From positions 14,013 through 78,012 of the forward strand of contig CAYSLI010000002.1 in assembly GCA_964431915.1 (NCBI GenBank): DNA of 64,000 nt, in the 5' to 3' direction. The notes under the pieces are model-generated. The model made no database searches and had not been told where the DNA came from. It was given only the letters and a program-made list of their open reading frames with translations. Source of the DNA: an uncultured Candidatus Saccharibacteria bacterium. Its GTDB lineage: Bacteria > Patescibacteriota > Minisyncoccia > Minisyncoccales > CAZKCU01. Shown piece after piece: positions 52,278 through 60,472 of the stretch (position 1 is the first letter of the stretch; the number at the start of each line of letters is the position of its first letter). A program made the translations under genes and the position numbers.

Positions 52278-52991
52278 ATGCCAGAGCCTGTTATAAAATT
52301 GGAAAATGTCTGGAGGATTTATCAGTTGGGAAAAACTCAAGTTCACGCTTTAAGAGGATTAAGCCTGGAGATTTCTCCAGGTGCTTTTGTAACTATTATG
52401 GGTCCTTCAGGTTCTGGGAAATCCACTCTTTTGAATATGATCGGCTGTTTGGATTTTCCGACCAGAGGAAAAGTTTATTTAAAAGGAAAAAACATTTCAG
52501 AAATGTCAGAAAGTCAGTTGGCCCAATTTAGAGGAAAGATATTGGGGTTTGTTTTCCAGGAGTTTAATTTATTACCCAACTTGAGTGCCTTAGAAAATGT
52601 CATATTGCCTATGGTGTTTCAAAAGGTGCCTTTGGCCGAGAGAAAAGAAAAAGCCCAAAGTATTTTGGAAAAAGTTGGATTGAAAGAAAGAATTTTTCAT
52701 CAGCCCTCAGAGCTTTCCGGCGGAGAGAGACAAAGGGTGGCTTTGGCTAGAGCTTTTGCCAATGACCCGGAAGTAGTAATTGCCGACGAGCCGACCGGTA
52801 ACCTGGATTCGGTTACCGGCAAAATGATAATGGAAACTTTGACTGATTTTCATAAGAAGCAGGGTAAAACTATGGTGGTGGTTACCCATGATTCGAAAAT
52901 CGCCAATTACGCTGAAGAAATTATTAGCATAAAAGATGGTCAAGTAGTTGAAAACCATCAAACCGCTCAAGAGTATTTATGGAAGACTTAA
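52278..52991 (+). CDS. ABC transporter ATP-binding protein (MacB/LolD-like)
   Basis: Walker A GPSGSGKST, LSGGERQRVALARA, Walker B VVIADEPT. Confidence 0.92.
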   Translation: MPEPVIKLENVWRIYQLGKTQVHALRGLSLEISPGAFVTIMGPSGSGKSTLLNMIGCLDFPTRGKVYLKGKNISEMSESQLAQFRGKILGFVFQEFNLLPNLSALENVILPMVFQKVPLAERKEKAQSILEKVGLKERIFHQPSELSGGERQRVALARAFANDPEVVIADEPTGNLDSVTGKMIMETLTDFHKKQGKTMVVVTHDSKIANYAEEIISIKDGQVVENHQTAQEYLWKT

Positions 52992-54202
52992 AAGAATATT
53001 TTAATATAGCTATAAAGAGTATTAAAACAAGAACATTGAGAAGTTTTCTTACTATTTTAGGTATTGTTATTGGTGTGTTTTTAATAATTTCCTTACTCTC
53101 TTTAAGTGAAGGATTAAAATCAACCATTAATCAGCAACTGCAGGCCATGGGTGGAGAAATGATTATGGTTATGCCGGGTAGCGACATGTTTTCTAGTATG
53201 ATATTCGGTGGAGCAAAATTACAAAAAGAAGATATTGAGGCAATCCAAAAAGCAAAGGACGTGGACATCGTCATAGGATATTCTTACACAGGGACTATTG
53301 CCAGGTACGAGGGTGAATCAAAGCAAGTTGCCATAGCTGGTCTTGGTCCTTGGAAAGAAGCTTTGGATATTTTTAGCATCTTTCAGGGATGGAGTTTGCG
53401 AAAGGGAAGGTGGCCGAGTAAAGGAAACCAGGTTTTAATTGGTCAGCAGGTAGCCGATAAAATTTTTTCAGAAAAAATAACAGCGGGCTCTAAAATAACA
53501 ATAAAGGGGAGGAAGTTTGAAGCAACGGGAATATTGAATTCCCTGGGAAGCCAGCAGGACGACAGTATGGTTTATATGAATATGGACGTATATCAGGATT
53601 TAACCGGAGAGAAACGGGGAACTGCTTCATACGCTATGGCTAAGATTGAAAAGGGAGCAGAGGAAAACGTGGTGGCCGAAGCTATTGAAGAAAGCCTTAA
53701 AGAAACCAGAAAGAGGCGGCTGGGCACCGATGAGGCGGATTTCTCAGTGATTACTTCAGAAAAAATGGGAGAGTTGGCCGGTAATATTTTAGGCATTATC
53801 CAGGTTGTGATTATTGGTTTTGCTAGTATTGCCATCGTGGTGGGCGGTATTGGTATTACCAATAGCATGTTCACTTCGGTCAGGGAAAGAACCAGGGAGA
53901 TTGGTATTATGAAAGCAATTGGTGCCACCAACTCAGCAATTCTTTCAATTTTTCTGATAGAAGCGGGTATTATCGGAATTCTAGGAGGCGTCGGCGGCCT
54001 GTTACTGGGCAGCATCCTGGCCGAAGTTATTAATTATTACGCCCAGACTGACCCTTCTTTTTATTTCACTGCCACGGTTTCTCCTTGGATGATTGTTTTT
54101 GCTTTGGTTTTTTCGCTTTTTGTAGGTTGTCTGGCGGGATTCCTGCCGGCTCGTCATGCAGCAAAACTCAAACCGGTAGATGCTTTAAGACGACATGAAT
54201 AA
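52979..54202 (+). CDS. ABC transporter permease (MacB/FtsX-like)
   Basis: N-terminal TM, large periplasmic domain, C-terminal FtsX-type TMs (REIGIMKAIGAT). Confidence 0.88.
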   Translation: MEDLKEYFNIAIKSIKTRTLRSFLTILGIVIGVFLIISLLSLSEGLKSTINQQLQAMGGEMIMVMPGSDMFSSMIFGGAKLQKEDIEAIQKAKDVDIVIGYSYTGTIARYEGESKQVAIAGLGPWKEALDIFSIFQGWSLRKGRWPSKGNQVLIGQQVADKIFSEKITAGSKITIKGRKFEATGILNSLGSQQDDSMVYMNMDVYQDLTGEKRGTASYAMAKIEKGAEENVVAEAIEESLKETRKRRLGTDEADFSVITSEKMGELAGNILGIIQVVIIGFASIAIVVGGIGITNSMFTSVRERTREIGIMKAIGATNSAILSIFLIEAGIIGILGGVGGLLLGSILAEVINYYAQTDPSFYFTATVSPWMIVFALVFSLFVGCLAGFLPARHAAKLKPVDALRRHE

Positions 54203-54205
54203 ATT

Positions 54206-54700
54206 ATGGTTCTTGATATAAAAAAATATCCTAATTCAATTTTGAGAAAAAAATGTAAAAGAGTAAAGGAAGTGACTCCAGATATAAAACAGCTGATTAA
54301 TGATATGATAGCAACAATGCAAAAGAATAATGGAGTAGGATTGGCTGCTCCACAGGTTGGAGTTTCAAAAAGAATTATCGTTGCCCAGACAGATTATGGG
54401 CCTAAGGCTTTTATTAATCCGGAAATTATCAAAAAAACAAAAGAGAAAGAAATTATAGAAGAGGGCTGTTTGAGTTTTCCCGATCTTTGGCTGAAAGTAG
54501 AAAGAGCAAAAGGAGTAGAAATTACCGCCTTAGATGGCAATGGAAACAAAACAAAAGCAGAAGGTCTCCTATCTATAATATTACAGCATGAAATTGATCA
54601 TTTAGGTGGCATTTTGTTTATCGATAGGATTTCTTTTTGGCAGAGATTGAAAATTAGAAAAAAATTAAAAGAGATTGAAGAAAAATATGGCTCTTATTGA
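54206..54700 (+). CDS. def: peptide deformylase
   Basis: GVGLAAPQVG, EGCLSFP, HEIDHL. Confidence 0.92.
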   Translation: MVLDIKKYPNSILRKKCKRVKEVTPDIKQLINDMIATMQKNNGVGLAAPQVGVSKRIIVAQTDYGPKAFINPEIIKKTKEKEIIEEGCLSFPDLWLKVERAKGVEITALDGNGNKTKAEGLLSIILQHEIDHLGGILFIDRISFWQRLKIRKKLKEIEEKYGSY

Positions 54701-55304
54701 TAATCTGATTGAACAAGGTTGGTTGAAAACTTCGAGAATTATTGAAGCTTTTAAAAAAATTAAAAGAAAGGATTTTTTGCCGGAGGATATTAAAAATTTA
54801 GCTGAACTAAATGAAGCCCTGCCAATCGGTTATGGCCAGACTATTTCTCAACCCCTGGTAGTAGCTTTTATGTTAGAATTGCTTCAGCCTCAAAGAGGCG
54901 ATAGAATTTTAGATATTGGTTCTGGTTCTGGCTGGACCTCAGCTCTCTTAGCTGAAATTGTAGGTTCAAAAGGAAGAGTAATTGCCATTGAAATTATTCC
55001 CGAATTAAAAGAGTTCGGTGAAAAAAACGTTTCAAAATATAATTTTATAAAAAAGGGACAGGTTCAATTTATCTGTGCCGATGGTTCAAAAGGATACGAA
55101 AAAGAAGCTTCTTTTAATGGGATTTTAGTTTCAGCCAGTGTCCAAACTGAGGTTCCTCAAGCCTGGAAAGACCAGATAAAAACCGGTGGGAGAATTGTTA
55201 CTTCGCTCGGTTCCTCAATTTGGCTTTTAATTAAAAAAAACGAAAGAGAATTTCAGGAAACTGAACATCCCGGCTTTGTCTTTGTTCCATTAATTGAAAA
55301 ATAA
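54687..55304 (+). CDS. pcm: protein-L-isoaspartate O-methyltransferase
   Basis: GYGQTISQP, ILDIGSGSGW. Confidence 0.85.
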   Translation: MALIDNLIEQGWLKTSRIIEAFKKIKRKDFLPEDIKNLAELNEALPIGYGQTISQPLVVAFMLELLQPQRGDRILDIGSGSGWTSALLAEIVGSKGRVIAIEIIPELKEFGEKNVSKYNFIKKGQVQFICADGSKGYEKEASFNGILVSASVQTEVPQAWKDQIKTGGRIVTSLGSSIWLLIKKNEREFQETEHPGFVFVPLIEK

Positions 55305-55305
55305 A

Positions 55306-56229
55306 ATGAAAAAGGGACTAATTTTAATTATTTTATTTATTATTTTATTTTTTGTTATAGGAGTTTTCTTTTGGCGGGGAATTTACTTTCCAAAAACACC
55401 TGCTTCTCTGGAAGAAAAATTATTTTTAGTTGAGAAGGGTGAAAATCTTTTTCAGATTGCCGAAAATTTAGAAAAAGAAGATTTAATTAAAAATAGATTT
55501 TTCTTTGATTTTTATGTATTGATAAAGGGAGGTCAGGGCGAACTTCGGGCCGGGGAGTATTTTTTCAGTCCATCAATGAATATTACTGAAATTGCCAGAA
55601 AAATCATTTTAGGAGAAACAGCAAAAATGATGGTGACGATACCAGAGGGATTTACGGTAAAACAAATTGAAAAGCTACTTGGATTAAAGTTGCCCGGCAC
55701 GGATCTGGAAGGATTTTTGTTTCCCGATACATATCAATTTCCGATAAGGGTAGGCGGAGAAGAAGTCGTTAAAAAAATGCGAGATAATTTTGAGAAAAAA
55801 CTAGCACAAGATTTACGAGGAGAAATTGAAAAACAAGGCAAAACGGTCCGGGAAATAATAATTGTGGCTTCTTTAATTGAAAAAGAAGTCAAAACAAAAG
55901 AAGACAAAAGATTAGTTTCGGGAATTTTGTGGAAGAGGCGAAATCATAATATTCCCTTACAGGTTGATGCAACTATAAATTACATTACTGGGAAAAAAAC
56001 CATAAAAACCTCAATTGAGGAGACTAAAATTGATTCTCCATACAACACTTACAAGTATTTGGGGTTGCCCTTGGGCCCGATTTGCAATCCGGGCCTTGAA
56101 AGTATTGAAGCTGCAATATACCCCAAAAGTAGTCACTATTGGTATTATTTGTCGACGTCGAATGGAGAAACTTATTTTAGTGAAACTCTAGAAGATCACA
56201 ACATTAAAAAAGCAAAATACTTAAAATAA
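55306..56229 (+). CDS. mltG: endolytic murein transglycosylase MltG (YceG)
   Basis: N-terminal TM, ASLIEKE, SPYNTYKYLGLPLGPICNPG. Confidence 0.88.
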   Translation: MKKGLILIILFIILFFVIGVFFWRGIYFPKTPASLEEKLFLVEKGENLFQIAENLEKEDLIKNRFFFDFYVLIKGGQGELRAGEYFFSPSMNITEIARKIILGETAKMMVTIPEGFTVKQIEKLLGLKLPGTDLEGFLFPDTYQFPIRVGGEEVVKKMRDNFEKKLAQDLRGEIEKQGKTVREIIIVASLIEKEVKTKEDKRLVSGILWKRRNHNIPLQVDATINYITGKKTIKTSIEETKIDSPYNTYKYLGLPLGPICNPGLESIEAAIYPKSSHYWYYLSTSNGETYFSETLEDHNIKKAKYLK

Positions 56230-56230
56230 T

Positions 56231-56776
56231 ATGCCTGAGAAAAATTTAACAGGAAAACAAATTGCCATAGTTGTTTCTTTTAAAGATTTTCGTGATGAGG
56301 AATATTTTGTACCAAGAGAAATTTTAACAGCAGCCGGAGTTGAAATAAAAACTGTTAGTACTCAAGAAGGTACAGCTGTCGGAGCTGATGGGGGAGAAGT
56401 AGAAATTGACCTTTTACTTGGAGATTTAAATCCAGCCGATTTCGATGGGATAATTTTTATTGGAGGCCCAGGATGTCTAAAATGTCTTGATAATGAAGAT
56501 TCTTACAGGGTGGCAAAGGAAACTCTATCACAAGATAAACTAATAGCTTCAATTTGTATTAGCCCGGTTATTTTAGCCAAAGCCGGGGTTCTGGAAGGAA
56601 AGAGGGCAACGGTCTGGTCAAGTTCAATGGATAAAGAGCCTGTTAGAATTTTGAAAAATTACGGAGCAGTTTATCAAGATGCGCCGATAGTAATAGATGG
56701 AAAAATTATTACTGGAAATGGTCCAGCTGCTGCTGAGGAATTTGGAATGAAAGTTGTGGAGATATTAGGAAGATAA
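56231..56776 (+). CDS. DJ-1/PfpI family protein
   Basis: IFIGGPG, nucleophile elbow IASICISPVILAKAG. Confidence 0.8.
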   Translation: MPEKNLTGKQIAIVVSFKDFRDEEYFVPREILTAAGVEIKTVSTQEGTAVGADGGEVEIDLLLGDLNPADFDGIIFIGGPGCLKCLDNEDSYRVAKETLSQDKLIASICISPVILAKAGVLEGKRATVWSSSMDKEPVRILKNYGAVYQDAPIVIDGKIITGNGPAAAEEFGMKVVEILGR

Positions 56777-56782
56777 ATTCCC

Positions 56783-56811
56783 TTGACAAAGTTTTTGCCA
56801 TTCTATAATAT
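56783..56811 (+). promoter_or_regulatory. sigma70-like promoter for the rplJL leader
   Basis: TTGACA then TATAAT (15-nt spacer) or TAATAT (17-nt spacer). Confidence 0.4.
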
Positions 56812-56891
56812 AGATATAGGATAGACACAGGGACCAGTCGAGAAGGAGGACTTAGGTAGTGGAAGAAAGGCTGGAACTTGATTATTCTGGC

Positions 56892-57081
56892 AAAGAGGTT
56901 GGTGATTCGCCATAAGATTGGTTTTTGTGTATCGGTAATACTCCTTCGCGGTAAGAATTACCAACCTCTTTAACATATACTTAAATATCCGCAGACAGCA
57001 GGCAATTTATGTAAGTCCTGCCGAGGATAAAATACATAGGTTCTAGCTATGTAATCTGTCTGCGGTAAAACGCAGATTTTT
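56892..57081 (+). promoter_or_regulatory. rplJ (L10) leader with long helices and a terminator/antiterminator arrangement
   Basis: AAAGAGGTTGGT/ACCAACCTCTTT (56892/56960); CCGCAGACAG/CTGTCTGCGG (56989/57056) competing with TCTGCG-GTAAAA-CGCAGA-TTTTT (57059-57081). Confidence 0.55.
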
Positions 57082-57091
57082 AATTAAAGAA

Positions 57092-57604
57092 ATGGCCTTA
57101 ACTAAAACTCAAAAACAAAAAATCCTTGAAGATTTGAAAGAAAAAATCGCTAGGCAAAAAGCAATTATTTTTGTTAATTTCTCAGGTTTAAAGGTAAAAG
57201 ACCTTTTCGACCTAAGAAAAAGATTGAAGAATGTAAACAGCGAATTAAAAGTAAGTAAAAAAACCTTATTAGCTTTGGTTTTTAAGGAAAAGAAGCTAAA
57301 AATTGATATAGAAGAATTAAAAGGAGAGATTGCCTTGATTTTTGGATTTCAAAACGAGACATCTCCAGCAAAAACAGCTTATCAGTTTTCCCAGGAAAAT
57401 AAGAATTTAAAAATTTTGGGCGGGTTTTCTGAGAATAAATTCGTTGAGCCAGAAAAGATTATTGAATTAGCAAAATTGCCAACGAGAGAAGAACTTTTGG
57501 CAAGATTAATTTCGAGCGTTTCAGCTCCAGTTTCAAATTTTATCAATGTTTTAGAAGGAAACATTAAAGGTCTGATTTACATTTTATCTAAAGCTAAAAT
57601 GTAA
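57092..57604 (+). CDS. rplJ: 50S ribosomal protein L10
   Basis: FVNFSGLKVKDLFDLRKRL, position upstream of rplL. Confidence 0.92.
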   Translation: MALTKTQKQKILEDLKEKIARQKAIIFVNFSGLKVKDLFDLRKRLKNVNSELKVSKKTLLALVFKEKKLKIDIEELKGEIALIFGFQNETSPAKTAYQFSQENKNLKILGGFSENKFVEPEKIIELAKLPTREELLARLISSVSAPVSNFINVLEGNIKGLIYILSKAKM

Positions 57605-57634
57605 AATTACTAATTTTTCACTTTGTTCAAAATT

Positions 57635-58252
57635 ATGGCAGAAGAACAAAAAGAAGAAAAAACAAAAGAAGAGCAGGAAGCAGAAAAGAAAGAGCCTGCT
57701 ACTCCTGCTACAAATCCTCCAAAAGAAGAGCCAAAGAAAGTACAAGAAGAAGTCAAGGATGAGCCAAAAGAAGAAAAAAAAGAAGAACCTAAAGAAGAGA
57801 AAAAGGAAGAACTGAAAGAAAAACCTAAAGAGGAGAAGAAAAAAGAGCCCGTTAAGGTTCCAGAAAAGTTTAAGAAATTGATAGCAGAAATTGAAAAAAT
57901 GACTGTTTTAGATTTGGCAGAATTGGTGAAAATTTTGGAAAAGAAGTTTGGAGTTTCAGCCGCTACTCCTGTAGCTGTTGCGGCTGCTTCGGCAGCTGGT
58001 GCTCCGGGTGCTGCTCCAGAAGCCGAAGAAAAAAGTGTTTTTAATATTGAACTGAAAGAAGTAGGTGAAAAAAAGATTGAAGTAATTAAGGCAGTCAGAG
58101 ATATTACCCAGAAGGGCTTAAAAGAATCCAAAGATTTGGTAGATGCAGTAGCTACTGGTTCCCAGGTGATTAAAGAAAATGTTAAAAAAGAAGAAGCTGA
58201 AGAGATGAAAAAGAAACTTGAAACAGCCGGAGCAAAAGTAGAGTTAAAGTAG
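57635..58252 (+). CDS. rplL: 50S ribosomal protein L7/L12 with ~80-aa K/E/P-rich N-terminal extension
   Basis: [26 protein letters not shown], Ala-rich hinge, [24 protein letters not shown]...AGAKVELK. Confidence 0.88.
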   Translation: MAEEQKEEKTKEEQEAEKKEPATPATNPPKEEPKKVQEEVKDEPKEEKKEEPKEEKKEELKEKPKEEKKKEPVKVPEKFKKLIAEIEKMTVLDLAELVKILEKKFGVSAATPVAVAAASAAGAPGAAPEAEEKSVFNIELKEVGEKKIEVIKAVRDITQKGLKESKDLVDAVATGSQVIKENVKKEEAEEMKKKLETAGAKVELK

Positions 58253-58323
58253 GTAGGACAGAGGTAGGACATTAAGACTTGACAAGGTCATTTGGGTTTG
58301 CTAAATTCAAAGTAGAAGATTTA

Positions 58324-58400
58324 TAACCACCGTGGAGGGCGAATTAAGGAATTTTTACTTCTAAATCAGATTGAGGAGTGATTTTAAGCGGTGGTTTTTT
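58324..58400 (+). terminator. long hairpin with U-tract downstream of rplL
   Basis: AACCACCG...(56 nt)...CGGTGGTT followed by T7. Confidence 0.4.
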
Positions 58401-58433
58401 TGGTGGCTGTGAAGAACTTGTGGAGAACTTAAA

Positions 58434-58468
58434 CTTGACTTTTCTTTTAATATTAGGTATTATAATAC
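58434..58468 (+). promoter_or_regulatory. sigma70-like promoter with a 14-bp perfect palindrome over the -10
   Basis: TTGACT-17 nt-TATTAT; GGTATTATAATACC at 58455-58468. Confidence 0.45.
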
Positions 58469-58609
58469 CATCCATTTTAAAGCTAAATTTATAATTTGTG
58501 CTTCAAAAATTTTATAGCGAAAATTTAATTGAGAGCTTCTGGAAAGAAAGTTTGTATTGTTTTTGCGGAGTATAAACTTCGCCTTTTTATTTATTAGAAA
58601 AGCGAGGTT

Positions 58610-58732
58610 TGGACTCCACAATAAAAAAAATAACGGAGGGTTCTAGTGGGGAGTTGAGCTTCCTCTAAAAAGAGGGAGTGAAAGCTCCCTTAATGGGGAG
58701 CTGAGCTCCCGATGGAATTTTTTGTGGAGACC
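58610..58732 (+). promoter_or_regulatory. structured GC-rich leader: three tandem GGGAG/CTCCC hairpins closed by a long-range stem
   Basis: GGACTCCACAAA (58610) pairs with TTTGTGGAGACC (58721), 11/12; hairpins at 58649-63, 58673-90, 58696-710; neighbouring arms also pair with each other. Confidence 0.45.
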
Positions 58733-58776
58733 TACAAAGGTCGAAAGAAAATAATTAACTAATTAACAAAAGAATT

Positions 58777-59862
58777 ATGAACAAAAAAATATTAATTAGT
58801 TTGAGCGTAATTGGTGCTGTTGCTGCAATTGCCATTGGTGGAACCGTTGCTTATTTCTCAGACACTGAAACCAGTGCTGGCAATACTTTCAGTACCGGGG
58901 TTATTGACATTAATATTAATCGCAAAAATCCTTGGACAGGAAGTTGGCATATTGAAGATATGAAACCCTGCGAGACTGGATATATAACTTTTGATATCAG
59001 GAACCCGGGAGACAACCCGGTTAATGTTTGGAAGACGATTAAAAACATTGAAACTAATGATGGAGTTATAACGGAGCCGGAATGTGTGTACGGAGGAGGA
59101 AAGTGGGATTCTACCAACCAAGAATGTGATGTAAAAGGAGGTGAAGGAGAAGGAGCTTGGGAATATAATGAGCGATCTTGGCTCCCACCTCACATAAATT
59201 ATGACCTGTCAGTTTTGGTCAATGTTAAAGACAACCCAAAGGGTTGGTACCAGACTATCTACAAAGACGAGGACAATGTTAGAATTTCAGATATTAGTGG
59301 CCAAAGTATTTTCCTGGGTATGATTCCGGCACGTAGAAAAATGACAGTAACCCAGAGTTATCACTTAGTTCCTGAAACAAAAAACTGGGCACAGGCTGAC
59401 ACAATGACGTTTGATATTGAGATTTATGCTGAGCAACTTACCGGTTCCCTTGTTTTGGAAAACAAAACAGGAGATCCTGATTGGCAGATTATAGGAAACG
59501 ACAAACCCAAAGCTACTTTAACTTACAATCTTACTGGTCCAACTTTTGACTATAATTTGACTGGAAAAGTACGCCTGAAGGATACTGAGTACTGTTTAAT
59601 CTACTATGCCGACCCATGGGCAGGAGATAAGCCTGGTGCTTTGATTGGTTGCGGAACAAGTGTTAGTAGAAAGATCAGCTTTAGCGGTAGCGTTGAACTC
59701 GGAATGGATCTTCCAAACTCACTTGACCAGAATTACCCAGAAGGTGCCAAGATTTGGTTAGTTACGGCTAGCGACTACGATACTAATAAGATGACTGCTT
59801 GGAATCCTGACGATTATCTGTTTGAGACTGGGTTGATTACTTACGAAGACACAAATAATTAG
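58777..59862 (+). CDS. TasA/camelysin-like secreted protein with SipW-type signal peptide
   Basis: N-terminus ...IGGTVAYFSDTETSAGNTFSTGVIDI; extra C-terminal domain. Confidence 0.72.
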   Translation: MNKKILISLSVIGAVAAIAIGGTVAYFSDTETSAGNTFSTGVIDININRKNPWTGSWHIEDMKPCETGYITFDIRNPGDNPVNVWKTIKNIETNDGVITEPECVYGGGKWDSTNQECDVKGGEGEGAWEYNERSWLPPHINYDLSVLVNVKDNPKGWYQTIYKDEDNVRISDISGQSIFLGMIPARRKMTVTQSYHLVPETKNWAQADTMTFDIEIYAEQLTGSLVLENKTGDPDWQIIGNDKPKATLTYNLTGPTFDYNLTGKVRLKDTEYCLIYYADPWAGDKPGALIGCGTSVSRKISFSGSVELGMDLPNSLDQNYPEGAKIWLVTASDYDTNKMTAWNPDDYLFETGLITYEDTNN

Positions 59863-59938
59863 TTCTTGAAACTTTTTCGGTTGCCTCAAGGCTTCCTTGT
59901 GGCTGATTTGGGGCAACTTGTAAAGGATTTGAGAAACA

Positions 59939-60472
59939 ATGAAATCATTTAAGATAATTTATTATATTTTTATTGCCTTAATTGCAGTGATTGCGATTTT
60001 GCTGATTGTTTCGGTTTTTCCGATTACCGGAAATTATAAATTATTTATTGTTCAATCAGGTTCAATGGCACCGGCAATTAAAATGGGAAGTATTGTGATG
60101 GTAAAGCCGGTGAATGATTATAAAATTGGTGATGTCGTTTCTTTTGGCGAAGTGACTAAAATTAAGTCGCCGACTACTCATAGAATCAACGATATTAAAG
60201 TATCTGGCGGCGAACCTTATTATATTACTAAAGGCGACGCTAACAATGCTCCCGACCAGAGAGAGATTACAAAGAGAGAAGTTATTGGTAGGGTATTGTT
60301 TTCTGTTCCTTATATGGGTTATGCAGTAGATTTTGCCAAAAAGCCGGTTGGGTTTATGCTGTTAATTCTTGTGCCGGCGACTGTGATTATTTATGACGAA
60401 ATAAAAAAGATTTTTGGAGAAATCAAAAAAAGGAAGGAGAATAAAAGCACAAAATTAGAAGATAATGCATAA
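59939..60472 (+). CDS. sipW: signal peptidase I, SipW/archaeal-ER type
   Basis: N-terminal TM, SGSMAPAIKMGSIVMV, TTHRI, KGDANNAPD, C-terminal TM. Confidence 0.82.
   Translation: MKSFKIIYYIFIALIAVIAILLIVSVFPITGNYKLFIVQSGSMAPAIKMGSIVMVKPVNDYKIGDVVSFGEVTKIKSPTTHRINDIKVSGGEPYYITKGDANNAPDQREITKREVIGRVLFSVPYMGYAVDFAKKPVGFMLLILVPATVIIYDEIKKIFGEIKKRKENKSTKLEDNA

Noticed and set aside
57610-58272. 220-aa ORF on the minus strand antisense to rplL. Similar antisense or alternate-frame ORFs lie at 48626-48907 (three), 14305-14742, 53593-54015, 47097-47477, 62060-62683 and 10563-10817.
   Set aside because: They are low-complexity mirror translations of purine-rich or well-supported sense genes, with no motifs of their own.
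58563-58590. Hairpin GCGGA-GTATAAAC-TTCGC followed by CTTTTTATTT inside the TasA-like operon leader, considered as an attenuator-terminator.
   Set aside because: It has only 5 bp including a G.U pair, with an interrupted T-run. That is too weak to call on sequence alone, so it is mentioned only as context for the leader.
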